Shown: positions 27,791-40,800 of the stretch, one piece after another
Numbering within the stretch: position 1 is the first letter of the stretch
How the letters are laid out: each line of letters begins with the position of its first letter
Notes under the pieces: model-generated
The model's database searches: none
Seen by the model: the letters and a program-made list of their open reading frames with translations, nothing else
Told to the model about the DNA's origin: nothing
NCBI GenBank assembly: GCA_016748015.1
Contig: JAAOMT010000046.1
Coordinates: 706,697-770,696 of the forward strand
DNA from: Geosiphon pyriformis uo1
Taxonomy: Eukaryota > Fungi > Glomeromycota
Length of the DNA: 64,000 nucleotides
Direction of reading: 5' to 3'
Translations under genes and position numbers: made by a program

Positions 27791-28571
27791 AGTATTTGGA
27801 TCTCACTTATTAAACTTATAAAAATAATAATAATAATAATTAAAATAACAAATTTTTTTTATTTTTTAAATTATTTTAATATTATATTTTTAATATTATA
27901 ATTAAAGTTTTATTTAAATTATTTATAATTCTGTTATTATTAAATTTTTTGAACATTTTTGCTTTAAATAGTATAAATAATAAACAAAAAAAAACAATTA
28001 AATTTTTAATTACTTATTTTTGTAAAATTGTAAGTTTGTTTTTTAATGGCCAAACATTTTAAAAAGATCAACTTTGTAGGGTATCTTTATAACACCCTAC
28101 AATAAATAGAGGGTTCTCAAATAAAGCTAACTGAGCATTTCTCAATGCTTTAAGAACAAGAATATAAATTCAAAATTATCTACTTTGAGCTGTTTAGGCA
28201 CGCCCAACCAACGTATTTTGTCTCTTTGGTTCACCCTAGGAGACAAGTCAATCAAAAGATCAACAGTGAAAGTAGTTGTAGCTACAAGGAACACCTCCTC
28301 CTCATCGCAACCCTTTAAAATTCAGTAAATCTGCTTTGGTACCGTCCCTGTCCAACTTGCTTTCTTTCTCCTTTTTTGCTTCCTTTCAAAACAATAGTCT
28401 TTCTCAAATGACACATAAACGAGAAAGTTGCACTTTGGACAAAATGTCCCCTTTTGCAATGTATGTCGTATATATAGTCCAAAATGTAACGCTCACACCC
28501 CCAACACTCTTCCTTTTGCAGTTTGCCTTTGTATCACAACCCATTACCCTCCTCTTACTCCTCATAACGAA

Positions 28572-29967
28572 ATGTCTGACCGTGGTGAAGATGCTCTTCC
28601 ATCGCCCTCTGAAAGGAAACGGTCTCTTCCTTCAGACGACGAAGAAGACGACCTTAGTCTCGATGAGGGTAGAGGACGGTTTAAACGTCCAGCTTTGAAT
28701 ACATCTGGAGGAGAAGAAGACGAGAATTCAGATTTAGCTTTTCAAGAGGAAACTAATGGTGAAGATAGAGCTGTCGTTTCTCATTCAGCTTCTCCCGAAG
28801 CTATGGACGTAAATACGCCACCTTCTGAAAGGGGCAATGATGCCAAGGAAAAGACTAACCAGACTAATGAAACAGAAACTGCTTTACAAAATATTTCCCT
28901 CCGCGCCCTAGTTACTACTAAAGAAGCTGGAGTGATTATTGGCAAAGCTGGAAAAAATGTCAGCGAGATTCGTGATAGATCTGGTGCAAAAGTTACTATA
29001 TCTGAGATGGTCCAAGGTGCCTATGAGAGGATTCTCACAGTCACCGGACCCTTGGACACTGTTGCCAAGGTATATCAACCTATTTTTAACGTAGAATACC
29101 GATAACTCGATGCAATTCAATGATGTCGTAAATTTAATTTTGATGCCTATGCTGTAAAACAATGAGGAAAAAGTACATCGCATATATCCTAAACATGCTT
29201 TTAAACTTAGTTATAAATTTCATACCCATTCTATTTTCATTTTTCTTCGACTTTGTTTTTTCTAGGCTTTTGCTCTGGTAGCAAGAAAAATCCTTGACGA
29301 GAACTTGGACGCTCCATCCACTCCTACCTCCAAGTCCACCACAATCCGATTACTCGTACCCCATTCTCGAATGGGGCCGGTGATTGGCAAAGGCGGGAGC
29401 AAAATCAAAGAAATTCAAGAAAAATCAGGCGCTAGGTGTCTGGCTTCTGAAGAAATGTTACCTAGTTCGACAGAACGCACCATCTCGATTTCTGGTGTTC
29501 CGGATTCTATTCATATTGGAGTTTTTCACGTTGGTGAAGAATTATCGAGACATCTAAATGATCGTGGTGGTCAAATCACGCCATACCGACCTCAACCACG
29601 CATCGTCTATCATCAACCTGCTGTCACTAACAATCACCAATTTTATGTTGGTCTTCCTGCTCCTCCACCGCCTTACGGTCGTGACTTTATGCCTGGCCCC
29701 CCAGGACCTATCAATCAACCTCCACCAGGTTCCCAAGCGCAACAAATCTTCATTCCAAATGATATGGTTGGTTGCATCATTGGAAAAGGAGGGAGCAAAA
29801 TCAATGAGATTAGGCATCTTTCCGGTTCCCATATAAAAATCGCAGAACCACATGGTAACACAAACGAACGTTTGGTTACAATTACCGGAACTCCTGAATC
29901 AAATCAAATGGCACTTTATTTGTTATACAGTCGTCTTGAAGCTGAGAGAAGAAAACCAAGCGTCTAA
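28572..29967 (+). CDS. Three-KH-domain RNA-binding protein, Rnc1/Pbp2 (hnRNP K-like) family; exons 28572-29069 and 29266-29967, 399 aa
   Basis: ATG at 28572; phase-0 intron GTATAT...TTTTTTCTAG (29070-29265) joins DTVAK/AFALVARKILDE; three GxxG loops (IIGKAG, VIGKGG, IIGKGG); C-terminal NQMALYLLYSRLE typical of fungal Rnc1/Pbp2; normal GC and CpG content. Confidence 0.95.
29070..29265 (+). other. Spliceosomal intron, 196 nt
   Basis: GT...AG with a polypyrimidine tract; removal restores the last helix of KH1 in frame. Confidence 0.9.
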
Positions 29968-31036
29968 ATCAATATCGATACCTCTTTTCTTTGGATGCGT
30001 GAACAGTCTAAAATCGCCATGTTTTATATCCTCTTTCCCCTTACCCGGCGAAAAATAGATGCATTAACGCAAGAGAAAATATCGACATATTTTTTCTTTC
30101 AATCTTGGGTGACACAAGAAAATGATATTTTGCACCTAAGTTTCATATATTTATCAATCTGAACATTTTTTTTATTGTTTTATCAAGTAATGAACGTTTT
30201 CTGGCAAGATTACTATTCGTCATATCTTTTATTAGATATGCTATAAGGGAGGGAATGTCTTCAAATTTGACTTTGGAAAACATTAATATGGCAGGAATAT
30301 TATTGATTTTATTTATCCTCATTAGTAATGTTTTCAAAAATAAAGCAAGCTTAAATTACCAAAAGATAGCAGTTTTCAAATCAAAACCCGAGCTTATTTT
30401 TTAGTCTATCAAGAATTTCGAGTGATACTTTAATGGAAGAGCCAGGGTAATGTGTGAACTACTAATACCGGTTTGGGGTTTCATCTAATTTTAATATGAC
30501 CGATTTTGAATTCTTAATCGGGACTTGGAAAATATAATTATAAAAAACAAAGTATGTGGATTGCGACTGATCACGATGATTAAAAATAAAATGTCAGTTT
30601 TTGGAATTTCGCAATGATTGAATATTATAATTATTGTATGATTCTTTTAATTTTAAAAATTATATCGCAATAATAAAAATAATTTGATCAAGCGAAATTT
30701 TTATTCTTCCAATAATATAAATTTTATATATATGGGCGTGTCACAACAAAATCAGACAAAGGGAACGTTAGGATAATGCTGCCTTCGTCGTTATGTTATG
30801 TAGGTTTAATTTGTTTTTTCTTCCTTGGCGCCACAAAGACCATCGCTGTTATTCCTGCTGTTGCCAAGATTGCTGGAATTAATCACATAGGAGATATTTG
30901 ACTTGAATTGCTTTTTTTCTCTTTCTCTAATTGCTGCTTAGTTTGGGATAATTCCACTTTGTTTTTTTTTTACCTGGGATTTTACCCTAGCTTTAGTTTT
31001 TCGATTTTTAAATTTGTTAAAAAACATAAAATCAAT

Positions 31037-31310
31037 TAACTTGACATTAAATTTTTTAACAAATTGTGACTATTAAATTTTGAAAATTTTGAACTAGTTG
31101 CAACTTTCCAAAAATTTGGTTTTTGAATTAAAATCTGAGATGTTTTACTTTAAATTAGTTGTTGTAAAACATTTATTATTTATTATCTTTTTAAGCAGTT
31201 ACAACTATAAAATCTTTTTAATGTAATAACCAATATTTTGAAAAGTTGTAGCCAGTTCAAGATTCAATTCAAAATATTACAATTTGTTAAAAATTTCAAA
31301 CATTAAGTTA
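31037..31310. mobile_element. MITE-like element with imperfect inverted arms of about 90 bp
   Basis: Left TTTTTAACAAATTGTGA...TTGAACTAGTTGCAACTTTCCAAAA matches the reverse complement of right TTTTGAAAAGTTGTAGCCAGTTCAA...TTACAATTTGTTAAAAA; no TSD resolved. Confidence 0.65.
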
Positions 31311-31459
31311 TTTTTTGGTTGTTATAAAATATTGTGTAAAACCTAAATTAATATGGTTAAAGTTTTATTATTAATAGTTTAATTAAAAATTGTTTGGTAA
31401 TTGTATTTATTTCAAGTATTAAAAATATTTACATGTTGTAAAAAAAATATCTTAAAAAA

Positions 31460-32650
31460 TAAAAAACTCTTATTTTTATAATTACATTTAGAACAAAAAG
31501 TAAAAAAACAACCTTTTATTTTTTCTTGATTTTGAATAATAATACTATTTAAAAAAATTTTTTAACTATAAAACAACAAAACAATGTTTTGTTAAAATGT
31601 TTTTCTTAAGTATTAACAAATTAGAGCAGTGTTTAAGTATTAAAAAAGCATTTTTTTGTTTTAATTAAAAGTTTTTTTTCAAGTTCTTTTAAAGTTGTTT
31701 ATTAAATATAATTATAATATTATTATTACTATTATTAAAAACCCAAAGCCTTTTTATCAAAAATTAGGGCTCTTAACAAGTCGAATTAACTTAAATTTTG
31801 GTTTGATTTGAATTTAATTTGGAAAATTCTCATTTTTAAAAAATTAATTTATGACTTAATTTAATTTATTATTTGTTATATATAGAATAATATTAAACTT
31901 ATTTTATTTTATATTTTAGCTATTAAAAACTTATTAATAAATAAGCTAAAAAAATAATAATTAATTAATAAAAGCATATTTTTATAATTAAAAATACTTA
32001 TTTATAAAAGTTTTTTTATTGCTAAATTGTTTATAAAAATTCAAATTTTTTTTTTTTCAGTTATAATAATTATAGTATTTATTTTAATAATATTAATAAT
32101 AATTATAAAAAATTTTAAATTTTTTTTTCTAATTTTATAATTATAACTAAAGCAAATAATAAAAGAGTTTTAACAAAAAAAGATTTTATTATTATTAAAG
32201 CAATTAAACAAAATTTGTAAGAGTTTTATCTTCAAAGATTGGCTTTGGAAAACTGCTTCTGTTTTCAGAGATTCTAAGATCATGAAATTGAAGATTGTGA
32301 ATTTTGTGCATGACTTCTGTCTTGTTTTTAAGGATGAAGTTTAGTTGGTTTGTGTTAAGTATCATGCTTTTATGAAGAAGAATAGGTTAATACCAAGTGT
32401 TGTTTGACTCTGGTCTTGGTTTTTGGGTTGTTGTTGATGTTATCTGCTAGTGTGATTAAATTGCTTGGTATTGCTAAGGTGTTTAGAACTAATTTTGGAT
32501 TTCAAAAATTTTGTTTATTTTTTTTAGGTGTCAATGATCCAATTTTAGTTCATATAGATGCTTAGTGTTGTTCTGATCAGCTTAAATGACTGGTCACATG
32601 TAGAAAATGCATGATTCACATCTAGTTTAGATCAATTATTTGATGTATTA
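31460..32650 (+). mobile_element. LINE derivative: 5'-type sequence joined to the ORF2 C-terminus and 3' UTR
   Basis: 31460-32200 resembles the reverse complement of 26760-27480; 32215-32566 reads FIFKDWL...VIKLLGIAKVF...FCLFFLGVNDPILVHIDA*. Confidence 0.55.
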
Positions 32651-32699
32651 TATTAGGAAATATTTAGACTTTACTTGTTAATAACTAAATAAATAAAAA

Positions 32700-33750
32700 A
32701 ACAAAATATCTTGACAATATTTTTTTAAATATTAATAGTAAAAAGCTGTTTTCAACAGTTTTTAAAGCATTTTTTTATTTTTAATTAATGATTTTTTTTC
32801 AAATAAAGTTTTTTTCAAAAAACACATTAAAATTAAATTTAGTATTCTTTTTATTTTATCTAAAAGCCTTAAAGTTTTTAATAATAAACTAATTAATAAG
32901 CTGGTTTTTTTTGTTTTTATTACTATTACTATTTTGTAAATAATTAAAAAAACCAAAAACTTTAAAAAACAGCAGCAGTTATTTGTATGTATTATTATTA
33001 TACCAAACTCTTTTATAATTTAAATAAAATTTTTATAATAACAATTAGCTTTTATCTTAATATAAATAATAATAATAATAATAATATATTTTTTAAAATA
33101 AGTTAAAATTAATCATTAAATATATTGTTAAATATAATATTTTTTAACAAATTTTTGTTAATTTTTAAAACAAAACAATTTATTGAGTTGTTTAATTTTA
33201 AAGATTAAATTAATTAAATAAAAATAGTATAAATATTTTTTAGTATTGTTTTTAATAATATTTAAAAAACAATTTCCAGTTGTTAAAAATTTTCTAAGTA
33301 AATAATTTCTAATTTAATGTTTAGTATTATATTCAAGATTAAATTAATTTTAATTAATTTTTTGTTTAAGTTATTATTTGGCTTTATTAGATTTAAATTA
33401 ATTTTAAAGACAATACTAAATTGTTTTATGTAAATTTTCCTTTTAAGTTTTTTTTAGTTGTTGATAATTCTTTTTTTTTAATTATATTTAAAATTACAAA
33501 ATTTTTTGTAATGACTTTTGGTTTTTTTTTTATTTTTATTGTATTTTATAATATCTTTTTTAACTTATTTTTTAATAATATTAAAAATATTTTTGGTATT
33601 TTTAATATTATTATCTTAGTTAAATTAAAGTTTATTGATTTATAATAATATATTATTATTTATATTAAAAAGTTTTTTTTGTTGCTATTGTTTTTAATAA
33701 TTAATTTATATTAATTAAAAAAATAATATTAAAATTTTTTTTTATTTTTA
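32700..33750 (+). mobile_element. Very eroded LINE ORF1 5' fragment
   Basis: Minus-strand ORF 32762-32956 matches the plus-strand translations at 23980-24200, so it is an inverted copy of that relic. Confidence 0.5.
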
Positions 33751-36700
33751 TTATTATTAATAAGTACAGTCTAATTACTATCTAGTATACAAAATTAAAA
33801 CTAGAGATTTCAATTAGACATAATTCACATTTTTTCTACATATGACCAGTTATTTAAACCAATTAAGACAATACTAAACTCCTATATGAATTGTTGTAAT
33901 ACTATTTAGACCAAAAAAAAACAAACATAACTTATAAAAATCAAAGCTAATTCCAAAAAATTCATCAATACCAAGTAAATAAACCATTCCATCTAATAAA
34001 TTTAACACCAAACAATAAGCCAAAACCAGTATTACCACAAAATTACCAACCAAACCACTTTTTTCTATATCTACCCAGTATTTGGAACTGAATTTCCACA
34101 ACTTAGACTGATATTATTTACCCAAATCATACACAAAATTAACCAAAATCTGGGCAGCTCTTTTATGATTATCAAATACTTATACAGTTTTATTATACCA
34201 ACTTATGAACACAAAATTTTTACAAAAAAGAGCATATAGATCAATATTAGATATATATAAGAAAAAAGATTTCATGATTATTAAAGACAATAGAACACAA
34301 GATTTAATTAAAGATCTCCAAATTATAATTTGCTTGATCAAAATCTTTTTATAAGAATCAAACTTTTTGAAACATATAAACACATGATCAGAGAATTCAA
34401 TCTTCTTATACTATAAATACAAAACATTTAAATATTTTTTGTCATAAAGTTTTTTCTTAATAATAATAGATAGTCTCTTATGTACTGTTTTCATAAAGTA
34501 TATATACAAACCTGCCAAAGCCTTACTTATTAAGCCTGCTAACATATGTAAATCTGAATGCCAAGCTACAGCAGTCCAGATTTAATCAACTTCACAATTT
34601 GGTAAAATATTCAATACTTTAGAACCAGAACTATTTTTCTAACAGATATAATTCATTGACTTATATATATCTCTGACAAAATAATGAACATTATTAGACA
34701 TTGGCAACTCACTAATCTTAACAAAGCATTTATGGACATTGCTGGACAATAACAAGAAGAAATAAACAGCTTTACTTACTAAAGCATCTATACAAATATT
34801 ATTCAAAACATCTAAATGTCTCTTAATCTTTGACCAAAAAACTAATAGATTCTTGCTGCTAATCAAATTTACAATGTGTCTTTTTTACATTCAGCAACAG
34901 TTACAAAAATCAAAATCTAATATACCCAATTCTGAGACACATACATCTATGACTGTCTGGCTGTTTAAATATACAACCACAGTACAAAAAATAGTACATA
35001 TTCCAAAGCAAAAGCTATAGCCTACAACTTAATTATTGTCAATAATAGCAAACCATTAAATTTAACACCAAGACCCAAATCAACTTCCAAAAAATATGTA
35101 GTAGTTTTACCAATCACAGCAAAAGAATCCAGTCTTTTCAAGAAGTTATTTGTATAGACATTAAATTTATTTAACCAGACTTCAAAAAAATGATCTCTTA
35201 AGATCAAACTAAACTAAAAATAAAACACTATTATCTACCAAAATAAAACTCAAACCAAAAAAAGCAGACCTAGCATCATATAAAAACTTTGAAGCCAAAA
35301 AACACTAGTTTTCTAAGATTTAATTTTTTTTAGCAATAAAAAATTCTTTAATTTATAATTACACTCTGCTTATTTAGAAGTCTGTTACAAAAAGCCATAC
35401 CATATTGTTTTAAGAAACTAACTTTTTCATAATACAAAAAAGCCACCAAGATACTTAATATAAAAAATCTGTTAAAATTATAAAATGTATAATACAAAGT
35501 ATTTGCCAAAAAAAACCATTATCCAAAAAAATACAAACTATATTAACCAGAAAATTATTAGGAGAATTAACATACAATCTCACAAAGTGCTGTAAAAGGT
35601 TCAAAAGTGTCCAGTTTAGAATTTGCAAATTCAAAAATCTGTACTTAAAAAGCTGACTGAAAATTCCAGAAATATTAGCAAATATAACAACAAAGACAAC
35701 TTTCTTTTGGCCTGAATTTGTTTAAAAGTTTTTAGATTATACAATAAAAAATGATACAATGTTTTATTTGGAAAATCTTGAAGCAAACCACCCTTCAACT
35801 TAAGATTCTTTCTAATTAAAACATTTTATTAATAACAAACCACTAAAGAAATAAAACTGAACTGTAAATAATAGCTAACAATAAATTGCAAAATAGTTGA
35901 GACCAGATACAAGAACTGTTTATTTGTAATAGCTTTTCTCAAAACCATATTAGAAAAAAACTTAACATCAAATTAAGTCTTGGCCAAATTGGGCTTAAAC
36001 ATTTTAACAGTAAACAAAAAAATTTCCAAATATCTGTACAGCACTTCACTTTCAAAAATCGAAATAAGTAATCTACTAATGTTTAAAAAGGCATCCTTAA
36101 TCCTTTGATTGATAAGAATAGCCACTGTTTTATCATTATTAATTGAGATGTTATTGATTAAAAAAAATTTGCTAACAATATTCAATATATGCTAAGTGAC
36201 AGCTTGGCTATTCACAATTCAAATAATAATATTAACAAAAGCACCAACTGCAAAAAATGAAGTCATTTTTCTTATGTCTTCTACTTTTTCAGTTTTAATC
36301 ATGGATTAGGTATCAATCCAGTATTTACACAAATATTCATGTTTTTTAATTTTGAATTATAGAAAATTTTCCAAAAAAAAAAGAAGAACACCTCACTCTG
36401 ATCAAGTTTATTATGCATCTAATAATCATCTATAAGACCAAAGTTTGTCATAATTTTATTTAATTTATTTTCATGAATGTTACCAAAAAAATTAATGAAC
36501 CTCTTACATATTTTAATGTACTGTTACAGGTTGAAGTAACAAGCTAATAGATAGCAAGAGAGAACAGGATTGTAGAGTGATGAGAATAATCAAAGAGAAT
36601 TCAATTTCAAAGAGTGAATTGAATAAATATAGATTCAATATGTCAGATCAGTTTCATAAAATATTTCAGTTGCTATTTTTTTTAAAGATAACCGGAGAAT

Positions 36701-37193
36701 CTGAAGGTAGAGGGATAGTCTGTACTGTCAACAAATAATTACACTTGGTATAATTCTATGTCTCACATTGGTGCTTTTAGAATTTAATATCAAGTATTAG
36801 ATGTGTTTTTCAGTCATATTTTATTTAATAATCTCCAAATATTGTAATTACACGTTTTAGGAAAAGGGTAAGGAATAATCAACAAGTAATTTTTTATCTT
36901 TAAAATGTTCAGATACTTGAAAGTAGAGAAAATAAAATTAGCAATAAGAGAAGGATTGAGATGAAAATTGTTATTTTATTTATTTGATCTCCTTAAGTTC
37001 TTTATACTTTTCTACAATTAAGAGATTCATTGCTTATATAGTTATCAAAAGTGGTCAATAATCAGATCAACAACTAGGTCAATGATTAGGTCAATGATTA
37101 GATCAACGGTCAGGTTATTGATCAGATCAATAATCACTTACTAAAAATAGAATGGCTAATTTATATGACATCAGTGACTAATATATGTGATAA

Positions 37194-37850
37194 TTAATAA
37201 GAAGTATAAGTTTCAACCATAATATTATCCTCTCCAAAGAGATTGAGCTCTGATAAAATTAAGCAATTTATGGTGTAATCTATTGGAAGGGTTTTATCTA
37301 ACTCAAGGCTAACTAGTTTGTTAAAGTCTTTTGTGGATAAGGTATATAATACTTGAGGCAAAATAAGTTTTGTATCCAGAAGACCAAATCTTTGTATTAA
37401 AGTTTTGGCTCTTTTAGCAATAGTTAAAACTCTTGAGACATCTAACTGTATAATGCCCAAAATTTTTGTTTGTATCTCTGAAGTTGTTTTTTTCATGAGT
37501 TTTATATCCTCTATGATTTCACCAAAGCGACCATAGAGTTCTAATTGCCTTTTATATGACAAGATTTTGTCTATGAATAAGATTTTTTGAAGTGTTTTTC
37601 CAATTGTATTGAAAGATGGAAGTATAGCTGCTGTTATACTTTTCAACAGATATTTATCCATTTTACTACCAATTTTTTCTCTTCTGGTAGTGGTTTTCTT
37701 TGGTCTAATAACAGTATGTGTTCTACTGTTATCAGTTATGGTGGTTTGTTTTCCAATGGTCAGAGTAGCATTTGAATAGTTTTTGATCTAATACTTATAA
37801 AGAGTATAGAAGGCGTTTTGAATGTTTTGATCCAGAAAATAATTGTTCAT
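37194..37850 (-). pseudogene. ORF3 of B2 (219 codons, one internal TAG), overlapping the PPT and 3' LTR
   Basis: ATG at 37850 (MNNYFLDQNIQNAF) is in frame with track ORF 37194-37661; the same frame is present in B1. Confidence 0.8.
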
Positions 37851-37899
37851 GTCGATTAAAAATACCTCTGTTTTGGGAATGGTGCATTTATTTATACTT

Positions 37900-40800
37900 G
37901 ATTTTTGCTGATCATTTGAGTCAGTATTACCACAACAGACAGCCAATCAGGTCGTTTATGATATTTCTTGAGTCGTGTACCATGAACAGAATGATCATTG
38001 AAGATTGTTTTGAATTGATTTTGAAGAATATAAGAACCATTGTTCAAAACTTTGTTGACTATAAAGGGTCCTTTCTACCAGCTAGAGAATTTATCACCAT
38101 AAACATTGTTTTTATCTGAATGGTATTTCAATACCAAGTCACCAACACTTAAAAAAAGTGTTTTATAGGTTTTTTTTTCTTAAGCTTTTCTTGGAACTGT
38201 TTTATCTTTTCAAAAGCAATTATTCGTGCTTCTATCAAGGAGTCAAGAATAGTACCAAGTCTTTTTTGCAAAATGTCTTTGTAATTTCCTATTGTGATCT
38301 CTTCAAAGGGTATTGTTTCAATATCAGTTTCTATTGGTAGTGTTGCCATGCATCCATAGAGCAGATAAAAAAGTTTATAACTTGTTATGTCATGATTCAC
38401 AGTTCTATAAGCAAACAAAGCTGAAAGCAGTACTTTGTCCCATAAGTTTGTTTCTTTACTGGTTTTGGCTAAGGTTTCATATAATGTTCTATTAAAACAT
38501 TTTACTAAGCCATTTGTTTAGAGGTAATAAGGGGAGGAAAGTTTATGATGTATTTTCATTTTTTTACAAAGTTCTTCAACCAGTGTACTGAGAAAAGCTC
38601 TTCCTCTATCAGATAAAAGTTTTTTGGGACAGCCATGATGGCAGATGATATTTTCATAAATGAGATTGGCTATTAAGACTGCTGTTTGGTCTGGGGTGGC
38701 TCTTATTTCTACTCACTTTGTAAGATAATCAGTAACTGTAATAATATATCTGTTGCCATCAGGAGTAATTGTTAAAGATCCAACAACATCTATACCAATT
38801 CTGTCAAATGGTTAACCAACAGAGATTGGATGAATATCTTTTTTGTGATTGGGTTTGCTTTTTTTTTGACAAATGTCACAGGTTTTGATGTATTTAGCAA
38901 TGTCTTTTTCCAAGGTAGGCCAATAATAGCGAGTTAAAGTTTTCTGAATTGTCTTTGTTTTTTCAAAGTGTCCAGCTAATGGGTCAATGTGCATGTTGTA
39001 TATTACAATTTCTCTTTCTTCAAATCTGATGACTCTTTGGGGGCAGTCAGAATCTTTTCTGTTTCTTTTGTATAATTGGTTCTGGTGGATCAAATAAAAA
39101 TTTGATTGTTTGCACAAATGTTCTCTTTGCTGTCGAGTGTATTCAGGTGGGTATTGTTTTTTACCCAAAAATTTCATTAAGACAAAGTAGTTGTCCAAGT
39201 CCATTATCGTGTTTGTTTATAAAAGAGTTACTAATAATTAAGTTGGTTTGGTTTAAGAAGTTGTACTGTCACTAGATAATAAGTCTAGATAGAGCATCAG
39301 CATTTTGATGATTTGCTCTTTTGTGGTGTTAAATATCATAGTCGAATTTATCCAAGTGGAGTATCCAGCAAGTTATTTGTTTGTGTTCCAGCTTCTTTTT
39401 TTTGCACAGTCAAACCAAGGCTTGATGATCTGTTACCACTAAGAATTTTGCACCAAAAAGATATTAATTCCAGTAGTTGATAGTCCAAACTACTCCTAGA
39501 CATTTTTGTTTAGTAACTAAATAGTTCTTTTTTGCTGGTGTGAGGGATCTACTGACATATGCTATGGTATGTTCTCTGCTATTTTCATCTTTCTGTGAAA
39601 AGACAGTACCAAGTCCATAGCCAGATGTATCAGTGTGAAGGATAAAAAATTGGTCCAGATTAGGTTGTTTGAAAATTAGTAACAAGTTTTTCCTTCAAAA
39701 ATTCAAAAGCTTTTTGTTAATAAGTGCCCCAGTGATAATTGACATTTTTTTTGAGTAGCTGATTGAGAGGAAAGACAATTTTGGAGAAATTCTTGATAAA
39801 TTTGCAATAGTAAGAGGCCAAACCAAGGAAAGAGCATAGTTCAGGAACATTTATTGGTTGTCTAATGTTTTGAACTTTTTCAACTTTAGCTGGATCAGGA
39901 AAGATTCCATCTTTTGTAACAAGATAACCAAGAAATTGGGTAAATTGGCATCCAAAAAAAGATTTGATTGGGTTGATCTTAAGGCCAGCATTTCTGAGCA
40001 GGTCAAAAATCTTCTGTAAATGTTCAAAGTGTTCATCCCAGGTTTTTAAATATACCATTATGTCATCCAAGTAAACCAGAACAAAGTTTTTTTTTACTAA
40101 TTTAAACACTTTATCTATTAGACATTGAAAGGTAGGAGGAGCATTGGTGAGACCAAAAAGCATAACTGTGAATTCATAGGTGCCATACTTGGTAATAAAA
40201 ACAGTTTTTTTTTTGCTTTCTGGATCCAGCAATTAAATCAATGGTTAAGAAGAAAGCAGCACTATTGAATTTATCTAGCATTGTATCAATTTTGGGAAGT
40301 AGGTACATGTCTCTTATAATAATGACATTTAATTGGCAGTAGTCAACACAGAAGTATAGAGTTCCACCTTTTTTGGATACCACTACAACTGAGAAAGCCC
40401 ATTCACTCTTGGTTTCTTGTATGAATTCAAGATTTTTCATCCAGTTTATCTCTTTCTTAATAAACACATCATTATATTGATTGGATTAATATGGTTTCAA
40501 ATGGATGGGGCGAGTTTTTTGGGTGGTGATAGTGTGTTGTATCACATAAGTTTGTCCAGAAGTGTCACCTTCTTTTGAGATAACTGGACTATTTCTAGCC
40601 AACAGATTTTCAATGTCCACTTTTCTTTCTTCAGGAAAAGGTTTTCTTTGTTCTACAATTAGTGATTGGATTTCAGGTGGTTCATTCTCAAAAGACTTTT
40701 GTACTTCTTTAAGTTTTTTTCAAGATATCAAGCTAATTGGTTTCCAATCTTTGTAATAAATCAGGCAGGATTTGTATTCATTATTTGGTGAATACAAAGG

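Noticed and set aside
28428-28571. Longer N-terminus of the KH gene given by the ORF track
   Set aside because: It starts at TTG; the first in-frame ATG is at 28572. The track start at 29305 is likewise an internal TTG of exon 2.
28336-30058. Overlapping ORFs 28336-28698, 28908-29183, 29554-29853, 29558-29836 and 29852-30058
   Set aside because: Alternative-frame or antisense shadows of the KH gene with no recognisable features.
37194-37850. ORF3 as a retroviral env
   Set aside because: Too short, with no signal peptide, cleavage-site/fusion-peptide arrangement or transmembrane anchor.
37587-38495. Plus-strand ORFs repeated in B1 and B2 (e.g. MIFADHLSQYYHNRQP, MFQYQFLLVVL)
   Set aside because: Antisense shadows of integrase/ORF3; they recur only because the two copies are closely related.
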